From Candidatus Saccharimonadia bacterium (GTDB taxonomy: Bacteria > Patescibacteriota > Saccharimonadia > UBA4664), in contig DATIIV010000012.1 of assembly GCA_035479295.1 (NCBI GenBank), forward strand, positions 65,010 to 129,009: 64,000 nt of DNA. The letters are read 5' to 3'. Each line of letters starts with the position of its first letter. The first letter of the stretch is position 1. The notes under the pieces were generated by a model. It was not told the DNA's origin and searched no databases. It saw only the letters and a list, made by a program, of their open reading frames with translations. Position numbers and translations under genes: made by a program. Of the stretch, positions 34,759-43,052 are shown piece after piece.

Positions 34759-36987
34759 TTAGCTCTGGGCGGCGGCGCCAGACTCAGCCGTTTTGGCTCT
34801 AGCCTTAGCTTCGGCCGCTGCTCCGTTGGGTTGCGGCAGCACAATTACCGAAGTGGTCTTAAGCGGCAGCGCGAAGCCAAAGATGCTACCCTTGCCCTCC
34901 TCGGACTTAAAAATAATCGAGCCACCTTGGTCCTCGATCACGCGCTTAGCTAGGTACAAGCCCAAGCCGGTGCCGTCCGGCCGCTCGGCCTTGGCGTTCT
35001 CGGCCCGGTAAAACTTGGAGAACAGGTGACGCTTCTCGTTCTCTGGCACGCCAATGCCGCTATCGATTACCAGCACCTCGGCAGCGCCCTCAGACTCGCG
35101 CACCTCCACCGTGACGCTGCCCTTGGGCGTGTAGTAAATGGCATTATCGATAAAATTCATAATCACCTGGCGCGTCTTGCTCTCGTCGATCGACAGCATG
35201 GGCAGCGGCTTGTCGGGCTGCTTAAAGATGAGTTCCAGCTTCTTGCGCTCGGCGCTCGGCCGCAGCTGCTGCACCTCCTGCTGGGCCAGCTCGCTCAAGT
35301 CCACCGGCTGGCGCTGAATCATAAACCGCCCCGAGCTCAGTCGCGACACATTCAGCAGATCGCTCGACATCGACACCATCCGCTCGGCCGCCTCTAGCGC
35401 GTAGTTAACATACTCGCGCTGCTTCACCGTCATGTTGGCCTGGTCGTCATCGAGCGCCATCGACAAGTAGCCGGTAATGGCGGTCAGCGGCGTGCCCAGC
35501 TGGTGCGACGCCATCGAGATGAAGTCGTCTTTGGTCTTATCCAGCACCTGCAAGTTGCGGTTGGCGGTGCGCAGTCGGTGCGTCGCATTGCGAATCCGCT
35601 CCTGCAGCGTGGCGTTAAAGTGGGCGATCTCTTCGTAGGATTTAGCGTTCTCAATCGCTACGGCTAGTTCTTTGCGGACGATATCGAGCAGCGTCAGATC
35701 CTGGCCCGAATACATTTCGCCACTCATCTTGTAGCCCAGGAAGAGATAGCCCACTAGCTCTTTCTCGGTGCTTAACCTAATAATGACGCCTAGGCCATGC
35801 TCCTCTAGGAATGATTTGGTTGCACCGGGCTCAAGCTCATCTGCTACCAAGGTGCTAGCGTTAATGTGCTCTAAATCCTTGTAGGTAAGTTTATAACGGG
35901 GCTCGTCACCAATGAATGTACGACTATAAATACTGTTGTTCTCGACAATGATGATTTGACCAGTAGCGATGCGCAATGACCAACAGAGCGTGCGCAATGA
36001 CTTCTTGAGGAGCGGTTCAAGTAAGAGCTCTGAAGTCAGAATCTCGCTTAAATCATCGAGCACGATCTGACTGTCGTAGCGATCTCGAAAGAATATGCTG
36101 TCGGTGACCTTCTCGAACAGTCGGCGTAAAGGCTGAAAGGTAATGGCTAGAAATAGCGCCAGGGCAACAAAGACACCAGTTTGGGCTAGCGGGATATTAT
36201 TCTGAAAGAGAATGTTGCTTGCCGCTAGGATGGTAATTCCATACAGGCCAATAAAAGTTGTAAGAAGCAAAAGATAGGCAACTGATCGGGCGACGGCTAG
36301 CCTGATACTAAAGAGTCGATGCTTAACGATAGCGTACGAGACCGACCCCACCAAGAAAACGGTTAGCAATGGGCCGATGCGCGATATGTCCCAGTTGCCG
36401 ACGATAGCCGGAATGACAATGTTTGTGAGCACAGCCAAGATAATAAAACCCGCTATTCCCAGCATAATAAGACGAGTTTGAGCGCGAAGCCGCAAGTCGA
36501 TTCCAGTGTTCCGGTACAGCTTCCAGAGGTAGTAGCAAGATAGTCCAAACATCACCAAGATGAAAATGGGGTAGAGAGTATAAAGGCTGCCGAGAGCAAC
36601 GTTGGTTCCTCCGTCGGGCCGCTTTGAGACGGGACCAACCACGAAATCGCTTAAAGAGAAGATGGTGCCAGCAATAATAATGACGGCACTAACAAGCTGT
36701 CTCCGCTTGCTGGCGCTTTGTTTGCCGCCAAAGTAAAACGCAAACAACGTTATGGTGGCTAACACGAGAAAACCGGCGCCAAAGTCAAGGCGAGCAAAGA
36801 ACTGATCAAGGCCAAGCGTGGGAGCTCGGTCGGTAAGATAATTGAAGATCGTCCAGGCGGTGATTGACAGGGAGATGCCAAAAAACGCCCGACTCTCGGC
36901 TCGCTGAGGGTTACGCATAAACACGAGCGAGCCGAGAGCCAAATTGCTTACTGAGGCGAGTATGAGGATGGCGAGGTCAAATATCAT
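34759..36987 (-). CDS. Sensor histidine kinase with 7TM-type N-terminal domain, GAF, HisKA, HATPase_c (paralog of 53845-56013)
   Basis: 7-8 TM helices (NLALGSLVFMRNPQRAESRAFFGISLSITAWTIFNYL...). H-box FISMASHQLGTPLT, HATPase GTGLGLYLAK. The start codon overlaps the stop of the upstream acyltransferase gene. Confidence 0.85.
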   Translation of the reverse strand: MIFDLAILILASVSNLALGSLVFMRNPQRAESRAFFGISLSITAWTIFNYLTDRAPTLGLDQFFARLDFGAGFLVLATITLFAFYFGGKQSASKRRQLVSAVIIIAGTIFSLSDFVVGPVSKRPDGGTNVALGSLYTLYPIFILVMFGLSCYYLWKLYRNTGIDLRLRAQTRLIMLGIAGFIILAVLTNIVIPAIVGNWDISRIGPLLTVFLVGSVSYAIVKHRLFSIRLAVARSVAYLLLLTTFIGLYGITILAASNILFQNNIPLAQTGVFVALALFLAITFQPLRRLFEKVTDSIFFRDRYDSQIVLDDLSEILTSELLLEPLLKKSLRTLCWSLRIATGQIIIVENNSIYSRTFIGDEPRYKLTYKDLEHINASTLVADELEPGATKSFLEEHGLGVIIRLSTEKELVGYLFLGYKMSGEMYSGQDLTLLDIVRKELAVAIENAKSYEEIAHFNATLQERIRNATHRLRTANRNLQVLDKTKDDFISMASHQLGTPLTAITGYLSMALDDDQANMTVKQREYVNYALEAAERMVSMSSDLLNVSRLSSGRFMIQRQPVDLSELAQQEVQQLRPSAERKKLELIFKQPDKPLPMLSIDESKTRQVIMNFIDNAIYYTPKGSVTVEVRESEGAAEVLVIDSGIGVPENEKRHLFSKFYRAENAKAERPDGTGLGLYLAKRVIEDQGGSIIFKSEEGKGSIFGFALPLKTTSVIVLPQPNGAAAEAKARAKTAESGAAAQS

Positions 36988-37796
36988 GCGGGCGTAGGTC
37001 CTGTAAATGCTGGAAACTTGAAGACTTCTTGAAGACCCTCGCCCCGGAACAGCCAGCCAAATCGCTTTGGGTCATTAACGCAAAGGCGCGCCATCCAGTC
37101 CTCGATATCCACCCAAACGGGCAGGCTCAGACTTGAACCAAGGTAAGGCTTCCAACCTATCCCCTCGTAGTAGCTAAAGGGTTCACCAAGTCTGCGCTTG
37201 AAGCTGTTGTGAGCGGACTCATCAACTATTGTAACCCAATAGCGAGCAGCTTGCTCTAGTGTATACTTACATGCCATGTGGTAGATCGCCTTGGCGATCC
37301 GGCCCGAGTATGCGTGGCGATGGTAGGCCGGGACTACCCCCATTGTCACCATGTCTAGCGTAGTTTTGGGGCCAAAGTCGACAGCAGCGGCTTGTAGCGC
37401 CTGAGTTAGCGGTAGGTTCCAGTACCGACCAGGCTCGCTTGACTCGATGTCGGTGAGGCTTTTAAAGCCGAGGGGCGACCGTCTGATCACTCGCAACATT
37501 CCGGCTGGTAGACCGTTTGCATGGTCGATAAGGATAAAGAATGTGCTGTAGGGATCATATGGCCCATACTCTCTCTCTAGATCCTCTGGCGTGTCCCCGT
37601 AGAAAGCGAATACGTCCGCCTCCGCCAACCGCGCGACTGGCAATGCCCAGTGCGGTGTGCCGGTTTGGGGCTCGATGCGATAGACGCCAAATGGCTGCGA
37701 TGGCGCGGCATTACCCTGGTCCATGAGGCGGCGAATCAGGTCCTTAGAGCGAATCGTCTCTTCCCACTGTTCTCGCACTAGCCCCGTAGCGACCAC
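36984..37796 (-). CDS. LuxI/FeeM-fold N-acyltransferase-like protein (autoinducer-synthase / N-acyl-amino-acid-synthase superfamily, GNAT-related); product unknown
   Basis: Motif block LEREYGPYDPYSTFFILIDHANGLPAGMLRVIRRSP parallels LasI ESDRYDALGPTHYLLALDDQGQVVGCLRLLPTT. 270 aa. 4-nt overlap with the HK gene. Paralog of 53094-53807. Confidence 0.5.
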   Translation of the reverse strand: MVATGLVREQWEETIRSKDLIRRLMDQGNAAPSQPFGVYRIEPQTGTPHWALPVARLAEADVFAFYGDTPEDLEREYGPYDPYSTFFILIDHANGLPAGMLRVIRRSPLGFKSLTDIESSEPGRYWNLPLTQALQAAAVDFGPKTTLDMVTMGVVPAYHRHAYSGRIAKAIYHMACKYTLEQAARYWVTIVDESAHNSFKRRLGEPFSYYEGIGWKPYLGSSLSLPVWVDIEDWMARLCVNDPKRFGWLFRGEGLQEVFKFPAFTGPTPA

Positions 37797-38137
37797 TAGG
37801 TCTCCTTAAACTCGATGTGTGAAGCCTTGAAATAACGCTGAGTAAACTCCACAGCGTTATTCACATTGAAAGCCTTGCAGGTATATATGTCAACGCTAAA
37901 GAAGAGGCGCGGTTGCTCCCAGGCGTATAGGTGAGCCCCCGATGTTTCCCAGTGAATCCAGCCAGCCCAGCCGTAGAGGTCTGAGCGGTGTGTCACCGGT
38001 TTGATGAGTGCTGTCATGCCTGTTACGACAGAGAGCTGTTCAAGGTAGTCTTTAATTTGGGCATCATCAATAGGTTGGGCGCAATAGCCCTCAATAATAA
38101 GCCGCTGCCGGTATATCTCCGGCGCTAGATCCCTCAC
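37796..38137 (-). CDS. S-adenosylmethionine-decarboxylase-like pyruvoyl-enzyme family protein (PF02675-like)
   Basis: RLIIEGYCAQ parallels SpeH HLVAEFYEC. HWETSGAHLYAWEQPRLFFSVDIYTCK parallels [25 protein letters not shown]. 113 aa. 1-nt overlap with the downstream gene. Confidence 0.55.
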   Translation of the reverse strand: MRDLAPEIYRQRLIIEGYCAQPIDDAQIKDYLEQLSVVTGMTALIKPVTHRSDLYGWAGWIHWETSGAHLYAWEQPRLFFSVDIYTCKAFNVNNAVEFTQRYFKASHIEFKET

Positions 38138-38215
38138 CCCATAGCTCCTTGTTCAGGCCCATCATACTCTTCTTAGGACCGCTAAGTCTACGTAAAAAGA
38201 TGAAATTAAAGCGTT

Positions 38216-38734
38216 TTACGCCGCCCCAGCTGCTCCCGGAATCTCGTCCTTGGTATAGCCCGCCAAGATGCCGCGGACGATCTCCTCGACCTGCTTGGGC
38301 TTGTGCTCGCTCTTGATGATGTAGCGGACGGCGCCGAGCTCGAGGGCGGTCTGGACGTCGCTGTTGCCGGCCAGGTTGGTGAGCACCACCACCGGAAGAT
38401 TGGCCACGGCCGGATCGGCCTTGAGCTGCTTGAGCACCTCCATGCCGTTAAGCTTGGGCATCATGATGTCGAGCAGAATGAGCGTGGGGTTAACCGAGCG
38501 TGCTTTGTCGAGGCCCTCTTGGCCGTCGGTGGCCAGTTCAACCTCGTAATTATTCGAGGCAAAGATCGTCTGATACATCCGCGAGAGTAAGGCGTCATCT
38601 TCGATGATTAGAATCTTAGGCACACTGAAAACCTCATTTACGCCCATCATACACGAGGCAAGCGAGAAGCGGAAGCCCTTAAGCATAAGCTTTATCAAAG
38701 GACAAATTTCGCGGTTGAGCCGATGGAGCGGCAA
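38216..38734 (-). CDS. Response regulator, receiver domain only
   Basis: Receiver core KILIIEDD...LLDIMMP...YIIKSE. The start is uncertain: ATG 38734 (4 nt after the upstream gene) or ATG 38650/38647. Confidence 0.75.
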   Translation of the reverse strand: MPLHRLNREICPLIKLMLKGFRFSLASCMMGVNEVFSVPKILIIEDDALLSRMYQTIFASNNYEVELATDGQEGLDKARSVNPTLILLDIMMPKLNGMEVLKQLKADPAVANLPVVVLTNLAGNSDVQTALELGAVRYIIKSEHKPKQVEEIVRGILAGYTKDEIPGAAGAA

Positions 38735-38737
38735 ATG

Positions 38738-39106
38738 TTAGGACAGGAACGTGAGCGCGCAGGCCGCAAAGATGATGGCAATATCGCGAAAGGTGATGTC
38801 GAGCGAGCCGAGGTTGACTACCATAATGGCCACGGTGGTGGCGGCCGTCACGATGGCGGCGTACTGGCCGCGCCAGCCGGTGAGCAGCCAGATGGCCAGC
38901 GCCGCCTGGAAGGCCGAGAAGCCAGCCAACAGCAGGCTAGCCGGCGCCAGGTGTCGCAGCATGAGGGGCAGGTAGCCGATCCAGTTGTTGGGGTAGAGCG
39001 TGGCGGCCACGGCGGCGTAGGCAAACACGGCTGCGAGACCCAGCCGCAGCAAAAATCGGGCTCGCAGCACCTGGCGGGCGGTGGGCAGGGGGCGTAGTTG
39101 CTTCAT
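38738..39106 (-). CDS. Small membrane protein, hypothetical (4 TM)
   Basis: 122-aa hydrophobic ORF immediately upstream of the receiver gene. Confidence 0.5.
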   Translation of the reverse strand: MKQLRPLPTARQVLRARFLLRLGLAAVFAYAAVAATLYPNNWIGYLPLMLRHLAPASLLLAGFSAFQAALAIWLLTGWRGQYAAIVTAATTVAIMVVNLGSLDITFRDIAIIFAACALTFLS

Positions 39107-39180
39107 GGCTGCATTATACTGCTTATGCTCAATAAGAGTTAGTGTTATGATGGCCGTACGGGGCTAATAAGAGGACGATT

Positions 39181-39603
39181 ATGAAGAATAAGAACGTTAT
39201 TATAACGCTCGTGGTAGCGATTATTATCGTGGTAGCGGTAGCAATTTATCTGGCTATGGCCGGAGGCAAAACCACCGGTAGCCCAATGGCTTCGGCCTCG
39301 CCGACGCCGCAAGCGGTGCCGAGTAGTCAGGCCGTGTCCACTATTAAGTACAATGTCTCGGGCGGCTTTAGTCCTAGCTCGGTCACTATTAAGTCGGGCC
39401 AGGCTATCACCTTTACGAATGATTCGGCCGACGAGATTCAGGTCGACTCCGATCCGCACCCCACGCACACCGATAATCCCGAGCTGAATGTGGGCACCAT
39501 TGCGGCTGGGCAGAGCCAGACCATTAAGCTAACCACCGCCGGCAGCTGGGGCTACCACAACCACCTCAACCCGAGCGACAAGGGGCGCGTGATCGTACAG
39601 TAG
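39181..39603 (+). CDS. Membrane-anchored cupredoxin-fold-like protein without a Cys copper ligand
   Basis: N-terminal TM, Pro/Ser linker, then a beta-rich domain (SVTIKSGQAITFTNDSADEIQVDSDPHP...WGYHNHLNP). No Cys anywhere. Confidence 0.45.
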   Translation: MKNKNVIITLVVAIIIVVAVAIYLAMAGGKTTGSPMASASPTPQAVPSSQAVSTIKYNVSGGFSPSSVTIKSGQAITFTNDSADEIQVDSDPHPTHTDNPELNVGTIAAGQSQTIKLTTAGSWGYHNHLNPSDKGRVIVQ

Positions 39604-39607
39604 GCGA

Positions 39608-39647
39608 GGCCGGCCGGGCAAGAGACGCCCGGCCGGCCATAATTTGG
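39608..39647 (+). terminator. Hairpin terminator (12-bp GGCCGGCCGGGC / GCCCGGCCGGCC), then ATAATTTGG
   Basis: Lies between convergent genes. Confidence 0.6.
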
Positions 39648-39658
39648 TGGTTACGCTT

Positions 39659-40444
39659 CTATGCCTCCACGAGCTTGATGGTCCACAGATCGGAGGTCAG
39701 CTCGCGATCGGTGAGGTAGGCGAGCGGCAGGTAAAAGTAGCCGGCGTCGCCCCAGCGCTTGCCCCACGAGTTGCGGCAGATGAAGTAGCCAGCGGCCATG
39801 TCGTAGCCCACCACCAGGATGGCGTGGCCACCCAGGAGCTCCTCGTTGGGCTTCGGCACGGGAATGACGCCGGTGCGGTTGGCCTCGTCGCTCTCAAAGC
39901 TGGCGTAGACCGCGATGCCGGCCACGAACGGGCGGCCGGCCGCCAAGCAGCTGCGCATGTTGGTGTCGTCGCTCGTTACCTTGATGCGAGCGTACGACAG
40001 CACCTGGTTGGAGAGCGCGTCAGCGTAGCACTGGGCGGACGGCTTGACGGTGAAGCGGCTGATGTCGTACAGCCACTCGCTCTCGGGCGGCACGCCCAGC
40101 TTGGCCAGAACCTTCATGCCGTCGCGAAGGTAGGCGCCGGCGTCGGTGTCGACGGTGCCCTCGCGTGCGCGCTCATTGTAGTAAATGAACAGCCGGCTCG
40201 GGCCGATGGGCTCCTGACCCTGCCGGCGACGCTCCATGTCGTAGGCCGCCGCCAGCGCGTTGGCGGTGCAGCTGCCCAGCTGGCCCTGGTCGTACACGTC
40301 CGGGCAGTCCGGGCGCAGGTCGATGCTATTGGGCAGCTGCGAGGGGCGGATGTCTAGGCCGGCGCGGTCGAACTTGTGGTCGCGGGGGTCGCGCGGATCG
40401 GGGATATTCCCGAGGCCGTGGCCGCGGGGCGTTACGAGCGCCAT
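39659..40444 (-). CDS. Papain-like cysteine peptidase (C1 family), paralog of 31316-32113
   Basis: QGQLGSCTANALAAAY, GGHAILVVGYD, RNSWGKRWGDAGYF. Roughly half of positions are identical to the other copy on reading the two side by side. No signal peptide. Confidence 0.85.
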   Translation of the reverse strand: MALVTPRGHGLGNIPDPRDPRDHKFDRAGLDIRPSQLPNSIDLRPDCPDVYDQGQLGSCTANALAAAYDMERRRQGQEPIGPSRLFIYYNERAREGTVDTDAGAYLRDGMKVLAKLGVPPESEWLYDISRFTVKPSAQCYADALSNQVLSYARIKVTSDDTNMRSCLAAGRPFVAGIAVYASFESDEANRTGVIPVPKPNEELLGGHAILVVGYDMAAGYFICRNSWGKRWGDAGYFYLPLAYLTDRELTSDLWTIKLVEA

Positions 40445-40703
40445 AGAGGCTCCTCGATGTGGGACGGATGGGTGGCGGCGCCAAGGGCACCGTGGTTGTT
40501 ACATTACGATCTTAATTATGGCTTAGGGTAGGACAATTAATGCAAAATCCACAGATCTCTACCAGCTCAAGTTTGGGCGGAATTATCTTGCGCTACTGGG
40601 GCTGCTAATGATAGGGCTCGACAGCCATAAATCGATCCGCTATAGTATCAGGCGCCTTACTTTTGGCGTGGCATTCGCGCAGCATTACCGGTATGCTACA
40701 ACC

Positions 40704-42362
40704 ATGAACATAGCGGATGAACTCAAAAAGATACTCCAAGGCGAGGTTGACGATGCGCCGGCCACACTGCAAACCTATAGCCACGATGCCAGCCTCTTTG
40801 AGGTGAAGCCTCAGGTGGTGGCCTACCCCAAGGTGGCGGCCGATGTCGAGGCGCTGGTTAAGTTTGTGGCTGAGCACAAGGCCGAGCAGCCGAATCTGTC
40901 CATTACCGCTCGCAGCGCCGGCACCGATATGAGCGGTGGCGCCATCAACGACAGCATCATCGCCGACTTTAACCGCCACTTTACGGCCATCGAGGATGTC
41001 TCGGCCGACGAAGGCCACGCGCAGCCGGGCGTATTTTACCGCGACTTCGAGAAGGCCACGCTGGCCCAGGGCGCACTCATGCCCAGCTACCCGGCGAGCC
41101 GCGAGCTCTGCACCATCGGTGGCATGGTTAATAACGACTCGGGCGGCGAGAAGTCGCTCGAGTACGGCAAGACGCAAAACTTCATCAACGAGCTTAAATT
41201 CGTCTTTGCCGACGGCAAGGAGCGAGTGGTGCGGCCGCTCAACCGTGCCGAACTCGATGCCAAGATGAAGCAAGATGACTTTGAGGGCGAGGTCTACCGC
41301 AAGACCTTCGCGCTGGTGGACGGCCACTACGACCAGCTTAAGGCCGCTAAGCCGCACGTCACCAAGAATTCCACCGGCTACCATATTTGGGACGTTTGGG
41401 ATCGCGAGACTGGCATCTTTGACCTCACCAAAGTCATCGCCGGCGCCCAGGGCACGCTCGGCTTCGTTACCGATATTAAGTTCCGGCTGGTGCCGGCCCG
41501 GCCGCACTCTGGTCTGCTGGTGATGTTCTTGCACGACATCGACCGGCTGGGCGAGATTGTGCCTAAAGTGCTTGAATACAAGCCGGCCACCTTCGAGTCG
41601 TTCGACGATGTGACGCTGTGGCTGTCGATCAAGTTTATGCCGTCGTTCCTCAAGGTGCTCGGGCCGCTGCGTTTCATTAAGCTTCTCATTAGCCTCATTC
41701 CGGATGGCTTTATGCTCCTCAATGGCGTTCCCAAGCTCATTTTAATGGTTGAGTTTAACGGCGAGACTCGCGACGAAGTGCGGACCAGGATTAAAGCCTT
41801 ACACAAAGAGCTCCATCTCAAACACAGTTACTACGAGATCACCGCCACCGAAGAAGATCCCACCGAAGAGTCGTCCGAGAAGTACTGGCTGATGCGCCGC
41901 CAGAGCTTTCAATTACTGCGCAGCAAAGTCAAAGATAAGCATACGGCGCCGTTTATCGACGACCTGGTGGTGCCGCCGGAGCACCTCACGGAGTTCTTGC
42001 CCAAGATGCGGGCCATCATTAAAAAGTACGAGCTGTTTGCCACCATCGCCGGCCACATGGGCGACGGCAACTTCCACATTATTCCGCTTATGAAGCTCGA
42101 AGATCCCAAGGAGCGGGCCAAGCTGCAGCCGGCCATGAAGGAGACCAACGAGCTGGTGCTGAGCTTTGGCGGTGTGTTAAGCGGCGAGCACAACGACGGC
42201 ATGATTCGCGGGCCGTGGCTGCAGCAGGCCTATGGCGATGAAATTTACGAGATTTTTCGCCAGACCAAAGCCATCTTTGATCCGCAGGGCATCTTTAATC
42301 CCCATAAAAAGGCTACGGCCGACTGGGATTGGAGCATGAGCCACGTGCGGCAGTCGTTTTAG
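40704..42362 (+). CDS. FAD-linked oxidase (GlcD / D-lactate-dehydrogenase-like; FAD_binding_4 plus FAD-oxidase_C)
   Basis: Start at MNIADELKK... with TATGCT 7 nt upstream, possibly leaderless. FAD-binding segment SITARSAGTDMSGGAIN and C-terminal HMGDGNFHI. Confidence 0.8.
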   Translation: MNIADELKKILQGEVDDAPATLQTYSHDASLFEVKPQVVAYPKVAADVEALVKFVAEHKAEQPNLSITARSAGTDMSGGAINDSIIADFNRHFTAIEDVSADEGHAQPGVFYRDFEKATLAQGALMPSYPASRELCTIGGMVNNDSGGEKSLEYGKTQNFINELKFVFADGKERVVRPLNRAELDAKMKQDDFEGEVYRKTFALVDGHYDQLKAAKPHVTKNSTGYHIWDVWDRETGIFDLTKVIAGAQGTLGFVTDIKFRLVPARPHSGLLVMFLHDIDRLGEIVPKVLEYKPATFESFDDVTLWLSIKFMPSFLKVLGPLRFIKLLISLIPDGFMLLNGVPKLILMVEFNGETRDEVRTRIKALHKELHLKHSYYEITATEEDPTEESSEKYWLMRRQSFQLLRSKVKDKHTAPFIDDLVVPPEHLTEFLPKMRAIIKKYELFATIAGHMGDGNFHIIPLMKLEDPKERAKLQPAMKETNELVLSFGGVLSGEHNDGMIRGPWLQQAYGDEIYEIFRQTKAIFDPQGIFNPHKKATADWDWSMSHVRQSF

Positions 42363-42373
42363 CTTAAGCTAAT

Positions 42374-42403
42374 GGGGGATCTGGAATTGGGTCCAGATCC
42401 CCC
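42374..42403. other. 12-bp perfect hairpin (GGGGGATCTGGA / TCCAGATCCCCC) between convergent genes, no U-tract
   Basis: Read from the sequence. Confidence 0.4.
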
Positions 42404-42418
42404 GGTTGGGTGAGTGGC

Positions 42419-42847
42419 TCAGGGCCATTTGGGTTTATCGTACAGCGGCAGGTCCAGCCTCACCACGTCGGCGTTGGGGTTGCGGCGGACGAAGCCAAAG
42501 CGCAGCCTTCCGGTGATCAGCCCCCGATTTGTCTGGACGGCCAAGCTGCAGCTCTGGCCACAGGTAGCGCAGTCTTGATCGGTCCGCGGGAAGTTATTCC
42601 AGAGCACACCCTCCTTGGGGCTAGGCTGAGGCGGTCGGTGGCTGAGTATTGCGGCGAGCTGGTTGAGCACAGCCTTGGCGGTGGCACATTCTGTGATGGG
42701 CTGGCCGCCGCCGCAGACGGCATAAGGGTCGCTGTTGTAGACGAGGGTAACACTGGATCCTGGTACCGATACCTCGCTCGAGTCGTTGTTCATGAGGCGG
42801 GGCTTGCCATCAATGGCGAACGTGGGGTCGGGGCCTGATTCGTCCAC
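42419..42847 (-). CDS. Hypothetical Cys-rich protein (strand assignment uncertain)
   Basis: 142-aa ORF with 7 Cys. A same-size antisense ORF exists. The minus frame is chosen because its composition is less GC-artefact-like. Confidence 0.3.
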   Translation of the reverse strand: MDESGPDPTFAIDGKPRLMNNDSSEVSVPGSSVTLVYNSDPYAVCGGGQPITECATAKAVLNQLAAILSHRPPQPSPKEGVLWNNFPRTDQDCATCGQSCSLAVQTNRGLITGRLRFGFVRRNPNADVVRLDLPLYDKPKWP

Positions 42848-43052
42848 GGGTCAGATTATACGGCCAATGGCGCCGGTTGGGTAAGAGCGAAAATATTTAT
42901 CTGTGTCATAACTAGTTGTATCCTACAACCATTTCGCTCCCGTGAAGGAGGTTGTATAGTACAACCTTTTGGCAAACTAGGCTCGATAGTCTGGCCGCCT
43001 ACGCCGCAGCAACGGTAGACGCCGCCAGCTATACCGCCTATGATGGGACGTA

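Noticed and set aside
40605-41534. 309-aa minus-strand ORF over the 5' half of the FAD-linked oxidase gene
   Set aside because: It is antisense to a well-supported gene and divergent from the C1 peptidase promoter region. It has no RBS.
42410-42838. Plus-strand 142-aa ORF mirroring 42419-42847
   Set aside because: Ala/Gly/Val-rich antisense-type composition. The minus frame was retained at low confidence, but either could be spurious.
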